Source: a virus
Length of the DNA: 64,000 nt
Direction: 5' to 3' (one strand)
IMG/VR virus record: IMGVR_UViG_3300007754_000004
Coordinates: 1 to 64,000 of that record
The notes under the pieces were generated by a model that searched no databases, was not told the DNA's origin, and saw only the letters and a program-made list of their open reading frames with translations. Below, one piece after another: positions 25,401-33,779 of the stretch (position 1 is the first letter of the stretch; the number at the start of each line of letters is the position of its first letter). The position numbers were made by a program, and so were the translations under genes.

Positions 25401-27846
25401 TCAGGACAACACAAGCTGCCGCCTTCCCGTCCGTGAACCCGGTCCCGTCCTGAGAGTTGCAGTGCTGTGACCGCACCTCAGCGTTCAGAGTCCCCGAGCT
25501 GGGCAACGTAAACTCAGTCACGCCCTGACAGATAAATTCCACCCGGAGACGATCCGCAGCGGAGGCATCCTTGTCGGTGTACCCAGCCGTCCCCGCTCCG
25601 ACGACCTTGAAAACTCCGTTGTTGTCCGCGTTGGTGTCGTCCCCATACACCACGATGTAGACTTCAGAGCTAGCCCCTGTCCGATCCTGACCTCCGTTGG
25701 TCAGCATGTCATACAGCGTGCGGGTGCTGTTGATCAGAGTCTTCGATGACCCCGTCGTAGACAGGCTCATGTCTCCGTTGGTCTCCAACGAGAACCACGT
25801 ACCTGCGGTGTCGAAGTCTAGACCCGGGAGATCGATCTCGTACTCACTGGACGAAGGGCTGTCGTTGACCAGGGTGACCGCGGAGACCTGGAGGTCGTTG
25901 TGCAGCAACCCGCCCAGGAACATGAAAGGCTTCTCAAAGTTCTCTGAAGCCAGAGGGTACATAGGCCCCGGATGCAGAGCGGCGACCTCACCCGGGGCGG
26001 CCGGGTTCATCGCGTCCTCTTCAATGAACCGGAGAGTCACGGACTTCTGGAGCCCCGTGGAGCTGTCCGGGTCATCGGTCTTCCAGTATTCCCGGGGGGA
26101 CAGGAACCGGACGGCTCGCTCTGTGGTGTCCCGGAAGGTGGCCCTTGCTCCCTCGGAGCCGTTGTCCCCGCCGATGTGGAGGAAGAATACGGAGCCGTTG
26201 TTGAACCCCGTCGCGTCCGTCATGAAGCCGCTGGGCTTGAAGTCCGCCCCTACATCCCACTCTGTCACTGCATCAAAGCTCGTGACGCTCCCGCTGGTCT
26301 GCGTTGCCTCGTCATCTAGGAGGACCGTCACCCCAGGCTGAATGACCGCGGCGTCAGACCAAATGGTCCGGATCCCGTCAGGACCATCCACCGCTTGCGT
26401 CTGGTTGGGTACGGAAGCAGCCCCGTTGGCGTAGAGGTAGTCTACCTCCACCACCGAAGGCCCCTGCGTGTCTCCCGTGTCCGACTGCTTGTGGCACGTC
26501 TGGAGGCGACCAAGGATCAGCTTCGTCAGGTTGTGGCGGAGCAGGTGGTCGTAATCCCACTGGCCCAGGGAGATCCCCCGGCGAAGGTCCAGCACATCCC
26601 CCGCTGCGATCTCATCCGCAAAGCGACCATCCGGCCGGCTGTTGAAGAAGCCGATGGAGGCACCCGCCGAATGAGGGAGAGCCATCGAGCCATTGCGACC
26701 CCGGCCGCCCGTCGGGATTGTGATCGTCCCGGCGGTCGTGTCCACCGCCGAGATCCCCATGACCTCCCCATCGATCACCATGAAGGTGCTCGAAACCGAG
26801 AGGCTCGGGTCATCCCAGCCAGAGTTGGTCAGCCCCGTGACCTGGATAGCTCCCGTGTCATCCTCATCGATCGCGTTCGTCAGGGTCGCGGTTCCAAAAG
26901 CCTTCGCCCCATCCCGGGGGTTCGTCAGGGACGCCGCGGAAGGGTTCCGATCAAAAGAGCCGTTCTGGTTCGCGTTACCTGAAGTCTCCACCGCTACGAA
27001 GGCGTTCGCGTTCCTCCGGAAGACCGCACATAGGGGGATCGCGTACACGTAGCCGTCATAGGTCCCCAGGCTGTTGGTCGCGTCTCCATCACCCGCCCGC
27101 CAAAGCGAAGGGTCGCCCAAAGTCTCCCGCATGTTCGTGAAGACCATGCCGCTAACCGGAGCCGTCGCCACCCCCTGCCCCAGCACGTTGGGGTCGTCCA
27201 GCCCGTCCGGATACTGGTCCAGCGCAACAGAGGAACCCGATCCCGCCCCCTGCCCAAATACCCGAATCCGATACTGAAGCTGGAGTCGCTCTGTCGTCTC
27301 AAACCCGAAAGCCGGGTCTTCAATATCGTCCGTGATGTTGGTCCCCCCATACTCCACGTTCCCCCACTTGTAGACGGTGGAAGCTGAAGGCTTGTTCGTG
27401 GTGCTCGGGTTAGGCCCCACCTGAGTCAGCCACACCTCCAGAAAGACCAGATCGGTTCTGGCATCCGTAGCCGGAGGGGGGAAGAGCTTGACGAGGTGGC
27501 TCGTGTCCGTGTCCGCAGACACAGCGGTTCCTACAACCGGAACCACCCAACCATTGACCAGAGCCCAGAGGATCGGCTCCAGCTCCCCAGACTGCTGCCG
27601 GCCGAACTTGAAGTAGTTGCTCCAGGCAGAGTTGAATTCGTAATCCGTCAGGGCAGACACCGGATCCAGCAAGAAGCCTGAGTGGGATTGACTCTGGAGA
27701 GCCTCCCGCATCCTCTCCCAGGCAATTTGAGCCATTAGATTTAGCTCATGATCTAACGGCGGTTTCCCAGCCTGCCATACTACTGAGGCGAACTGCCTGT
27801 CAAGAGCAGACAGGGTACGACTAGGTCCATTGAATCGCTCAGCCAT
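22495..27846 (-). CDS. large virion (baseplate/tail-associated) protein, 1783 aa; paralog of 54402-57692
   Basis: N-terminal VVWQAGKPPLDHELN (DUF4815/DUF6519-like); G/S/T/D-rich beta composition. Confidence 0.75.
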   Translation of the reverse strand: MAERFNGPSRTLSALDRQFASVVWQAGKPPLDHELNLMAQIAWERMREALQSQSHSGFLLDPVSALTDYEFNSAWSNYFKFGRQQSGELEPILWALVNGWVVPVVGTAVSADTDTSHLVKLFPPPATDARTDLVFLEVWLTQVGPNPSTTNKPSASTVYKWGNVEYGGTNITDDIEDPAFGFETTERLQLQYRIRVFGQGAGSGSSVALDQYPDGLDDPNVLGQGVATAPVSGMVFTNMRETLGDPSLWRAGDGDATNSLGTYDGYVYAIPLCAVFRRNANAFVAVETSGNANQNGSFDRNPSAASLTNPRDGAKAFGTATLTNAIDEDDTGAIQVTGLTNSGWDDPSLSVSSTFMVIDGEVMGISAVDTTAGTITIPTGGRGRNGSMALPHSAGASIGFFNSRPDGRFADEIAAGDVLDLRRGISLGQWDYDHLLRHNLTKLILGRLQTCHKQSDTGDTQGPSVVEVDYLYANGAASVPNQTQAVDGPDGIRTIWSDAAVIQPGVTVLLDDEATQTSGSVTSFDAVTEWDVGADFKPSGFMTDATGFNNGSVFFLHIGGDNGSEGARATFRDTTERAVRFLSPREYWKTDDPDSSTGLQKSVTLRFIEEDAMNPAAPGEVAALHPGPMYPLASENFEKPFMFLGGLLHNDLQVSAVTLVNDSPSSSEYEIDLPGLDFDTAGTWFSLETNGDMSLSTTGSSKTLINSTRTLYDMLTNGGQDRTGASSEVYIVVYGDDTNADNNGVFKVVGAGTAGYTDKDASAADRLRVEFICQGVTEFTLPSSGTLNAEVRSQHCNSQDGTGFTDGKAAACVVLTDLEGAGSAPWAAGTLGANAISQPIASKAILSTSLLYHPGRGGTARVADEIRRVAVRSAGANYLRQAGSTLDSTFSSESGVASAETHFDSAHVQVWNRLSGLGLDGSAAPAHGGEIIAFSEQDREVEVFFDKGSKSLVFRPFLDRSMTMFSVNMAASSLVGATTYPGPAPTIGTDKDGATIFTSNLRMGFVVPWEYMPRFGRQDIPYHDTSVTTGTFLPGINHLFTDDADETKPVFYVVGGQNNDSAGNLVSSLYLQTGSTSGLDYGEYGTIAGPATPAYQARLVTDTTVVSSDLGRTLKGIELPPYLGIARLYGVYDRRNFIDKGGATFDADRVTVSSDAATNLLRKDAKAQTLFIRKGGANDVTGDADDHTYVIPSNALDISLSPDYVSGETFDDLEYVVECVVFGFARGFINLNNFVLARRNTGAGAAVTEGTNVELEGINMTIPAAAPLNDQVYVGYDRTVYQGDPYMTRAGSTRTTSDYQHRYGQIAVSDAYALATPIQQFDSSGVLQIETPNRRVVQVLASIDFYTTLGTGKVGGQLKAGTILDVGYTEDTAAAASRVPASASANPWRILPRAFSEGQRENNSRASVLLQVIANGSLTGAILTIYNLSGTKITLTAVSGSPADQTEFQVGADAAASIVNLVAGINAHTSLTAVVTARTEGDDVLLIEAVPVGAQGNGIKVSHDTPAAFKLLTPTTPEPGVGTPTAANLRDGSDLVMNAGSGTSQIDLTGMTERLPLGILLQDSDFLCEDPLGNKASAMQTLPPGIRPVQTLLPLTNSGSGAYTRFTGGAGHWVGMADGGILAYTAYHDVNEPTGSKKYRLYRGGGSVFVMDDPNPGGPVDWVSGALEASLKPVLKGGVLVCKAMLVRNFPEQAFSTNAQVSQGDEVQMVVATYGLLGSSIQDDGLSLSGIISPSGYGEGYAAADRYRLEGRPMVKGRRRSSPDVAGVVLAVYSGGDVSSTVG

Positions 27847-28456
27847 AGGACACCTCAGAGTTTAGAGGGAACGACCTGGGGCCGCCGTTTCTCCCTTGCT
27901 TGGAAAAACTCGGAATCCCCATCCGTTTCCGATATATACAGACCATCGACTTGGAGACACCACCGATTTCGGCTACCGCTGCGTCGGTCATGGTCCCGGC
28001 TAATGGGTGCCAATCTCGATGGGGTGGCTTCGATGTTTTGAGTCGGTAAGGCACGAAGTCTGCGGGTGCTTCTACCTGAGTCTTGAGCCCCTTCCCACGT
28101 CGCTTCCACACCATGTCAATGTCTGCGGGGTCATTTCGGGAAGCCCCCTTACTCGTCTGCTGAGTCCGCTCTCGGTGGCAGTTGGCACAGACCACCTCAC
28201 ACTTGGCAGCCTCAGCACGGATGGCATCCTTCGATCCCATGTGAAGAACGCAGCCCAGCTTCCTACCCCGAACGTGGTCGAAATCGAGCTGACAGTAGTG
28301 CCACGCCAATCCGCTCCACTCCCGCTTTGCGGCCCGCTCGCACTCCCGACACTGGCGGTGACGAGGCCGGAAATCACCGGGTTCCCCACACTTTGAACAC
28401 AACTGCCGCTGGAGGGCTGAGAGCGTCCAGGAAGCGTTCGGGGTTTTCTCTGCCAT
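27839..28456 (-). CDS. HNH-type homing endonuclease-like protein with a C-terminal HTH
   Basis: CSKC, CREC, LDFDH...KCEVVCANCHRERT; HTH-like GTMTDAAVAEIGGVSKSMVCIYRKRMGI. Confidence 0.75.
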   Translation of the reverse strand: MAEKTPNASWTLSALQRQLCSKCGEPGDFRPRHRQCRECERAAKREWSGLAWHYCQLDFDHVRGRKLGCVLHMGSKDAIRAEAAKCEVVCANCHRERTQQTSKGASRNDPADIDMVWKRRGKGLKTQVEAPADFVPYRLKTSKPPHRDWHPLAGTMTDAAVAEIGGVSKSMVCIYRKRMGIPSFSKQGRNGGPRSFPLNSEVSYG

Positions 28457-28517
28457 CGATCGATCCTAGGCGTGGTTCAGTAGGCTGAGTCAGCCCTCAG
28501 ACCCTACCCAGGCTCCC

Positions 28518-28533
28518 CTATAGCCTCCTTACC
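28518..28533 (-). promoter_or_regulatory. putative late promoter motif GGTA-N6-CTATAG
   Basis: Intergenic, upstream of the HNH/1783-aa gene unit. Confidence 0.55.
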
Positions 28534-28545
28534 ACGGATCACATC

Positions 28546-29142
28546 TCAGCCGGACTCGTAGGGCTCCACTTCATCGTGATCGTAGTATCCCTCGCCTCCC
28601 GCCTCATGCCGGACCTTGTACATCAAACCGTGGGAATCACTGACCTCAACGACCTCTCCCACAACACCCCAACGACACCGCTCGCGGACACCCGGCGCCC
28701 ACCCAGCTTCTTCGCTGGACGGTTCCAGCGTCCGAACTGAGGCCCCCACCGTCAGCCGATTCTTCCGGCCGATGATATATCGGACGTCCCGAAGGGGTTC
28801 CGCCATCCATCCGATCAGCCGCGTCCCTCCGCAGAGAATCCCGGCTTCAGACAGGGCCCCCATCATCTCCCGACGCCCCAAGTCGTGATTGGTGTTGACC
28901 AGGACCGGGATGGTGAACCCGTGCTTTACCAATCGCTCGCAAAGCCACTCCCCGTTACCCGGGCCCATGCTGTAGTCGAGGATGATCACGTCAAAGCAGG
29001 GATCCTGACCCATGAGGAGATAGTCCAGAGCTTCCTGCCCATTCTGCTTCCAGACGAGGTCACAGGCATGACCCAGCTTCTTCTGAGCGGCTTCCCACTC
29101 CGTGCTCATGTCGTCCACGACCAGGACTCGAAACTTCGTCAT
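28546..29142 (-). CDS. receiver (CheY-like) domain protein with a C-terminal SH3-like domain
   Basis: RVLVVDD, NGQEALDYL, FDVIILDYSMGPGNG, IPVLVNT. Confidence 0.75.
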   Translation of the reverse strand: MTKFRVLVVDDMSTEWEAAQKKLGHACDLVWKQNGQEALDYLLMGQDPCFDVIILDYSMGPGNGEWLCERLVKHGFTIPVLVNTNHDLGRREMMGALSEAGILCGGTRLIGWMAEPLRDVRYIIGRKNRLTVGASVRTLEPSSEEAGWAPGVRERCRWGVVGEVVEVSDSHGLMYKVRHEAGGEGYYDHDEVEPYESG

Positions 29143-29750
29143 CAGGGGCTCCCCATCGGAGGGTCGGGAAGCCCGAGGGCTTCTCGCAGGTTGGTCAGGG
29201 CTTGCCTGACTAGGAAGTGGTCATCCCGCCGAATATCAGGCATCCCATCCAAGACCACACGGGTGGGGCTCCCGTAGGGAAGCGAGACGATCTCGAAATC
29301 CAAGGCGTGCCCCTCATCCCGGCGATCTCGGTACCGGAAATATCGATCAGGGACTTCCGACAGGTCCGCCTCGCGAGCCTTCTTGTACCAATCCGCAAAC
29401 ACGACAGGGATCACCCTGGCCTGAAACCAGGAGCCTTCAGCCGGGAAGTTCTGCGTCCACCGGAACACCCGGAGATTTTGAACGGAGGGGATTACCAGAA
29501 CAAAGCCATCCGGGAAATCCGAGGTACAAGAGTCGAACACCGTGGTCGCCCGAGCTACCCGCAAGGTACCGCTCCCCCAGGCTACCAACCCCTGTCTGTC
29601 CATCAGGTCATAGAGAGCCGAGACCGTCTGACCCAGAAGGAGATCCCGGCGACAGCAACTCTCATAGAGAGCCGACACCAGCTCTTCGTTGTCACACCAG
29701 GGGTGATCGTGGAGGTAGAACCTCACGACTGCCCCGAAGAGTTGGACCAC
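29142..29750 (-). CDS. hypothetical protein (202 aa)
   Basis: Overlap-coupled ORF. Confidence 0.55.
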   Translation of the reverse strand: MVQLFGAVVRFYLHDHPWCDNEELVSALYESCCRRDLLLGQTVSALYDLMDRQGLVAWGSGTLRVARATTVFDSCTSDFPDGFVLVIPSVQNLRVFRWTQNFPAEGSWFQARVIPVVFADWYKKAREADLSEVPDRYFRYRDRRDEGHALDFEIVSLPYGSPTRVVLDGMPDIRRDDHFLVRQALTNLREALGLPDPPMGSP

Positions 29751-30208
29751 GCATAGACCACCCGGGCCTTCTCCAGCCCATGCTCCTCCTCAAATCGATC
29801 GAGGGTGAACCGGGGACGGTCAGGGTTCGACCCAAGGGGGCTCCCCTTGGTCGGCATCTCCCCCTCAGGGACAAGCTCCGCTCCGAGGAGGAAGAGACGA
29901 CGGTCCATCTCTACCGCCATCGCGGTCAGATCGTCCCCGATGTGTTCCTCCTTGAGGAAGGGAAGACCTTCAACCCGCCTGTAAAGCAGGGCGGGGCCAA
30001 ACTCATCCTTGAGGGAGACAAAGAGAGACCACTGATGGCGACCTGAACGCCGCTCCAAGGCCCCCTGTGACGCCTCCCAGGGGAGGAAGTAGACCCACCC
30101 CATGAGCCCGAACTCCGGATGCCTCGCCGGGACACGGATAGCGGCGTCGATTGGCTCACCTCGCTCAAGAGCGTCGAAGGCTTCTTCTTTGGTGCTCGGG
30201 GTGGTCAT
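29723..30208 (-). CDS. hypothetical protein, paralog of 30577-31068
   Basis: Shared AAIRVP, W.YF..W, DR.LF.LGAE.V..GE.P and DRP.F.L. Confidence 0.7.
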   Translation of the reverse strand: MTTPSTKEEAFDALERGEPIDAAIRVPARHPEFGLMGWVYFLPWEASQGALERRSGRHQWSLFVSLKDEFGPALLYRRVEGLPFLKEEHIGDDLTAMAVEMDRRLFLLGAELVPEGEMPTKGSPLGSNPDRPRFTLDRFEEEHGLEKARVVYAWSNSSGQS

Positions 30209-30567
30209 ACCTGCTCCAGGGCGTTCGCGATTTCATCCAGATATCGAGAGCCTTCCAGAATCCTGAGTCGGCCGGACGACTCCGTGAGGTACCAGTCCCC
30301 GGCGTTCCCGTTTCGCCGGCCCTTGACGACCAGCCGGATCCCGCTGCCTGGACCCTCCTCCACGAGGGTATCCACGTCCTCCTCCAGATAGCGGCGATGA
30401 GCCTCCCGGAACATCCCGACCAGTAGAGCCCTTTCCTGAGTAGGCTGGACAACCTGCTTCCCCCCATCCCGAGCCCTCCCGAGCCACGTCCCCTCCTGTA
30501 GGAGGAGCCGATGCTCCTTCCTGCTCACCAGGATAGGGAAGTAGCCGTTGGATTGCCGAACAACCAA
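30205..30567 (-). CDS. hypothetical protein (~120 aa), start uncertain
   Basis: ATGA overlap at its 3' end; TTG start, or a frameshifted ATG at 30580. Confidence 0.55.
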   Translation of the reverse strand: MVVRQSNGYFPILVSRKEHRLLLQEGTWLGRARDGGKQVVQPTQERALLVGMFREAHRRYLEEDVDTLVEEGPGSGIRLVVKGRRNGNAGDWYLTESSGRLRILEGSRYLDEIANALEQV

Positions 30568-30576
30568 GGGGGTAGC

Positions 30577-31068
30577 TCATGACCGCTCCCTTGAGCTACC
30601 CCGGAAGACCAGCTTTCGGGCTTCCTCTCGCCCCAGATCATCCATCGCCCACCGCAAGCTGAACGGGGGGCGATCCTCCCGGTACCCAGCCCCGACGCAG
30701 TTGCCCGGCCACTCGCCATCAAGGACGACCTCCGCCCCCAGGCGGAAGAGGTAGCGATCCACCGCCACCGAGATCTGCTCCGCGGTCATGCTGCTGTCCA
30801 TCTCGATCTGGGCATACTCCAGCCCGACCTCTCCAACCTTGCCATAGGCCGGCTGACCCTGGTATGCCTCCACAGCGGACACGGAACCGATGCCCCCCAT
30901 GTGACTCCGCCCCCACCAGCGACCCATCTGGTTCCAGCAGCGGAAGTAGAGCCAGCGGCCGGTGTTGGTTCCGTCCGAGAGATAGACCGGGACCCGAATC
31001 GCGGCCCGGATCGCGATGCCCTCGTTGAGGAGGTCTTGGGCGTGTCCCTGGCTGGTCGGGCGGATCAT
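30577..31068 (-). CDS. hypothetical protein, paralog of 29723-30208
   Basis: GAGG SD; downstream of an ECF-like promoter. Confidence 0.7.
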   Translation of the reverse strand: MIRPTSQGHAQDLLNEGIAIRAAIRVPVYLSDGTNTGRWLYFRCWNQMGRWWGRSHMGGIGSVSAVEAYQGQPAYGKVGEVGLEYAQIEMDSSMTAEQISVAVDRYLFRLGAEVVLDGEWPGNCVGAGYREDRPPFSLRWAMDDLGREEARKLVFRGSSRERS

Positions 31069-31097
31069 GAGCTACCTCGTGTCTAAAGTCCCTGGTG

Positions 31098-31124
31098 TAT
31101 ACGAACTTGCTCGAAAAACTTACC
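31098..31124 (-). promoter_or_regulatory. ECF-like promoter motif GGTAAG-N15-CGTATA
   Basis: Motif copy. Confidence 0.65.
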
Positions 31125-31368
31125 TGTAAAGATCAAGGTCTCGGACTTCCCCGACCACACTCCGCATCACATCGACAGCCTCCTGCTCGGAGTTATAGAT
31201 GGGTGCGGAGTTGACGAGGGGCTTCCACTTCATCCGGTCATGGTCGATCAACTCGATCCACCCGGTCCACTTCCCCTCTTCATTAGGCCCCCCCGCGGTA
31301 CAGGAGACGTCGCGGGTTTGGATGATCAGCATGGTCCCGCGACTCAACCTTGCGGTGAGGGGACTCAT
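31120..31368 (-). CDS. hypothetical protein (82 aa)
   Basis: ATGA overlap. Confidence 0.6.
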   Translation of the reverse strand: MSPLTARLSRGTMLIIQTRDVSCTAGGPNEEGKWTGWIELIDHDRMKWKPLVNSAPIYNSEQEAVDVMRSVVGEVRDLDLYR

Positions 31369-32273
31369 CGGTCTAGCTTTGACCAGGAAGGAGCCTCCCA
31401 GGTAACCGGCTCGTGGCCGAACCCGCTTCGGTGCTCGCTGACACGCCGCACCAGCTCTTCAGCGTCATCCTTGTGGATGTAGACGAAGTGGTAGCCCCGT
31501 CCATCCCTCCACTCGATCCGCAGGTCTTCACAGAGCTGAGTGGTGTGCTCCGCCGCCGCCTCGGCGGGGTAGAGATAGCGAGAGAAATACTGGTTCTGCA
31601 TCCCGAAGAGCCGGGAGAACGTCCGGATCTCGTAGAAGCCATCCCAGAACCAGCTCATCCAGAGCTTGAAGAGATCCCACCGAGCCTGGGCGAGTCTCCA
31701 GGCGACCATCGGGGTCTCATCCTCCCCATAGGCGGTGACCCGGAAGCAACCCGGGTCGTTCCAGAACTTCCCACCATGCCCCAGCCACCCGCCGAAGCGA
31801 TACTCCCGAACCGGCTCCGCCTTCATCATGGCGTGGATGAAGTCACGTCGGTCATGTCGTGAGGAGTGGGCCCCACACCGGTTCACCAGCACATCGTAGA
31901 CGGCTACCGCCTGCTCCTCAGTCAGGGTCCGCGGATCCCGGCGAGGGGTCGGCCAGTCGAACGACGGCGGGGGCTTGGGGATCTCCTCCGTGAGACCCTT
32001 CAGGTAGTGCCCCAGGTAGGCGTTAGCGGCCTCCCAGCGGGTCTTGAAGGGCCCGAGGGACTCCCGGGGGCTGGTCAGCTTGAGGTGGACGTACCAATCC
32101 CCTCGCTTGCCCTCCACGGTGCAGAGATACACCGGGATGTTCCCCTTGAAGGGAGGGAGGTTCCGATCAGGCTGAGTCCAGTCGCAGTAATAGCTGTGAC
32201 GACCCTCACCCCTGCCGCTGATGTGGCGGCCTCGGAAACTGAAATCAATCTCGGCACCCATCATCGTGTCCAC
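31365..32273 (-). CDS. hypothetical protein (302 aa)
   Basis: Long aromatic-rich ORF in the coupled gene train. Confidence 0.65.
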   Translation of the reverse strand: MDTMMGAEIDFSFRGRHISGRGEGRHSYYCDWTQPDRNLPPFKGNIPVYLCTVEGKRGDWYVHLKLTSPRESLGPFKTRWEAANAYLGHYLKGLTEEIPKPPPSFDWPTPRRDPRTLTEEQAVAVYDVLVNRCGAHSSRHDRRDFIHAMMKAEPVREYRFGGWLGHGGKFWNDPGCFRVTAYGEDETPMVAWRLAQARWDLFKLWMSWFWDGFYEIRTFSRLFGMQNQYFSRYLYPAEAAAEHTTQLCEDLRIEWRDGRGYHFVYIHKDDAEELVRRVSEHRSGFGHEPVTWEAPSWSKLDR

Positions 32274-32470
32274 CTTTCGATCCTCTCGACCGCTTCCTCT
32301 ACGTCTTCGGCCATCGCGAGGAGCACGTCCGCCGTCTCCTCGTCCACATGACCAGCCTGAGACCGAAGGATCTCCGGGTCCGGCATGTTGGCGATCAGAC
32401 CCTCCAGAAGGGCCACCACGGCTCGCCTGTCAAGCCCTCGCACCCGCTCTCGTAGCCTCAACCTGTCCAT
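32261..32470 (-). CDS. hypothetical protein (69 aa)
   Basis: ATG 32470 with AGGAG SD just downstream of a promoter motif. Confidence 0.6.
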   Translation of the reverse strand: MDRLRLRERVRGLDRRAVVALLEGLIANMPDPEILRSQAGHVDEETADVLLAMAEDVEEAVERIERWTR

Positions 32471-32488
32471 TCGTATCTCCTGATTGAG

Positions 32489-32515
32489 TATACGAATGGG
32501 ATCAAGAAAGTTACC
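32489..32515 (-). promoter_or_regulatory. ECF-like promoter motif GGTAAC-N15-CGTATA
   Basis: Motif copy. Confidence 0.65.
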
Positions 32516-32517
32516 GG

Positions 32518-33213
32518 CTAAGAGCAGGAAGCTTCCCACCAGAGTGCCACGGGGATGCCTTGTTCGTCGCAGGAGAGCATGACCACGACGTTTCCACCGT
32601 CTCCCCACCCGGTCTCCAGGGTAGCGAGGCAGGAGGCACTGACGCCGTCATGAGAGGGGAAGACGGGCTCCTGATTGAACCCAGGCTGGCCTCCCCATTG
32701 GTCCACACCATGAGGTCTGGGGAGGACCCTTCCGCTGGTCAGGTCGTCCAGAGCCATCTGCTTGTGGTGAATCTGACTGAGTACCTCCCGCCATCCCAGA
32801 GTCCGAAACTGCCCGTTAGAGCGGTAGGCTCCATCATGGAGCCGGTTGATCTCGGATTCCAGAGCGGCCACCTTCTTCCGAGCCTCCCCCACTTCGTCAT
32901 ACGGGGTGAAGGGTGTCTCCGGTTCGCTCACCGGGAAGAAATAACCGATGACGCCGTCATACCCCCCAGCTCGGGAGCACTGAAGAGCGAGCACCACCCG
33001 ATAGTTCTGACCATGGATGGGGACGATGATCCCTGATCCATGGGGTCTCCCAGGGTAAAGCCGCGGGGAGAACAGCTCCGGCCACCGAGAGGTCTTGTAG
33101 TGGATTGTCTCCCCGGAATCCGAGATCAGGTGTTCCCACTGGCAAACCTCTAAGCCCTTCAGGGGGCCCGGCGGCCGGTAAGGGGCCCGCTTTGCGGTCA
33201 GGGTGATCAGCAT
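32518..33213 (-). CDS. hypothetical protein (231 aa)
   Basis: Coupled ORF; C-terminal WGDGGNVVV...WWEASCS is reminiscent of YwqG/DUF1963-type ends (weak). Confidence 0.6.
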   Translation of the reverse strand: MLITLTAKRAPYRPPGPLKGLEVCQWEHLISDSGETIHYKTSRWPELFSPRLYPGRPHGSGIIVPIHGQNYRVVLALQCSRAGGYDGVIGYFFPVSEPETPFTPYDEVGEARKKVAALESEINRLHDGAYRSNGQFRTLGWREVLSQIHHKQMALDDLTSGRVLPRPHGVDQWGGQPGFNQEPVFPSHDGVSASCLATLETGWGDGGNVVVMLSCDEQGIPVALWWEASCS

Positions 33214-33731
33214 AGGATTATCTTAATCAAGGGGAGGGAGCCGCAACCCTTACAGGTGGTCTCCAAGGTAGGCCCCACCACCCGCACCTGAAGGGGATGA
33301 CAGAGGCTCGGGGAGGTCTGAAGCGAGGGACAGCGAACCTTCTTCATCAAGAGAGTTGAATCTGCTCTCCGATACGTCCTGATAGGACCACCGCAGGGGG
33401 AGCAGACCACATGGACGAGCCCCGGAGCCAACCAGACGTTGACAAACTGGTAAATGCACCGGGAGCACTTCAGAACCTCCGTCCCCGAAAAGGAGCCCTC
33501 TCTGGGGGACCAGTCTGGGTAAAGGCTCTCCGGAAGCTGCCCAGCGGGGCAACCTGACCCGTGCTCGGGTCGTGGGCCCCGCCACCACTCATGGCAGTGG
33601 AGGCACTTCGACAGCTTGCTATCACCGAGCCCGCCCTGTGAGGCTAGGATCCCCCCGTAGCTGCTCCAGCCAGGGCCCGGGTCTCTCGCCTGGAAGCCGG
33701 GTGGGGCTCCAATGGGGGGTTTCCAAGCCAT
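33207..33731 (-). CDS. Cys-rich putative zinc-ribbon protein (174 aa)
   Basis: Four CxxC pairs; GGAG SD. Confidence 0.55.
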   Translation of the reverse strand: MAWKPPIGAPPGFQARDPGPGWSSYGGILASQGGLGDSKLSKCLHCHEWWRGPRPEHGSGCPAGQLPESLYPDWSPREGSFSGTEVLKCSRCIYQFVNVWLAPGLVHVVCSPCGGPIRTYRRADSTLLMKKVRCPSLQTSPSLCHPLQVRVVGPTLETTCKGCGSLPLIKIILC

Positions 33732-33752
33732 CGCTTCGCTCCTACTCCCCGC

Positions 33753-33779
33753 TATACGAACGAGGTCCCCATTATTGCC
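33753..33779 (-). promoter_or_regulatory. ECF-like promoter motif GGCAAT-N15-CGTATA
   Basis: Motif copy. Confidence 0.6.
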
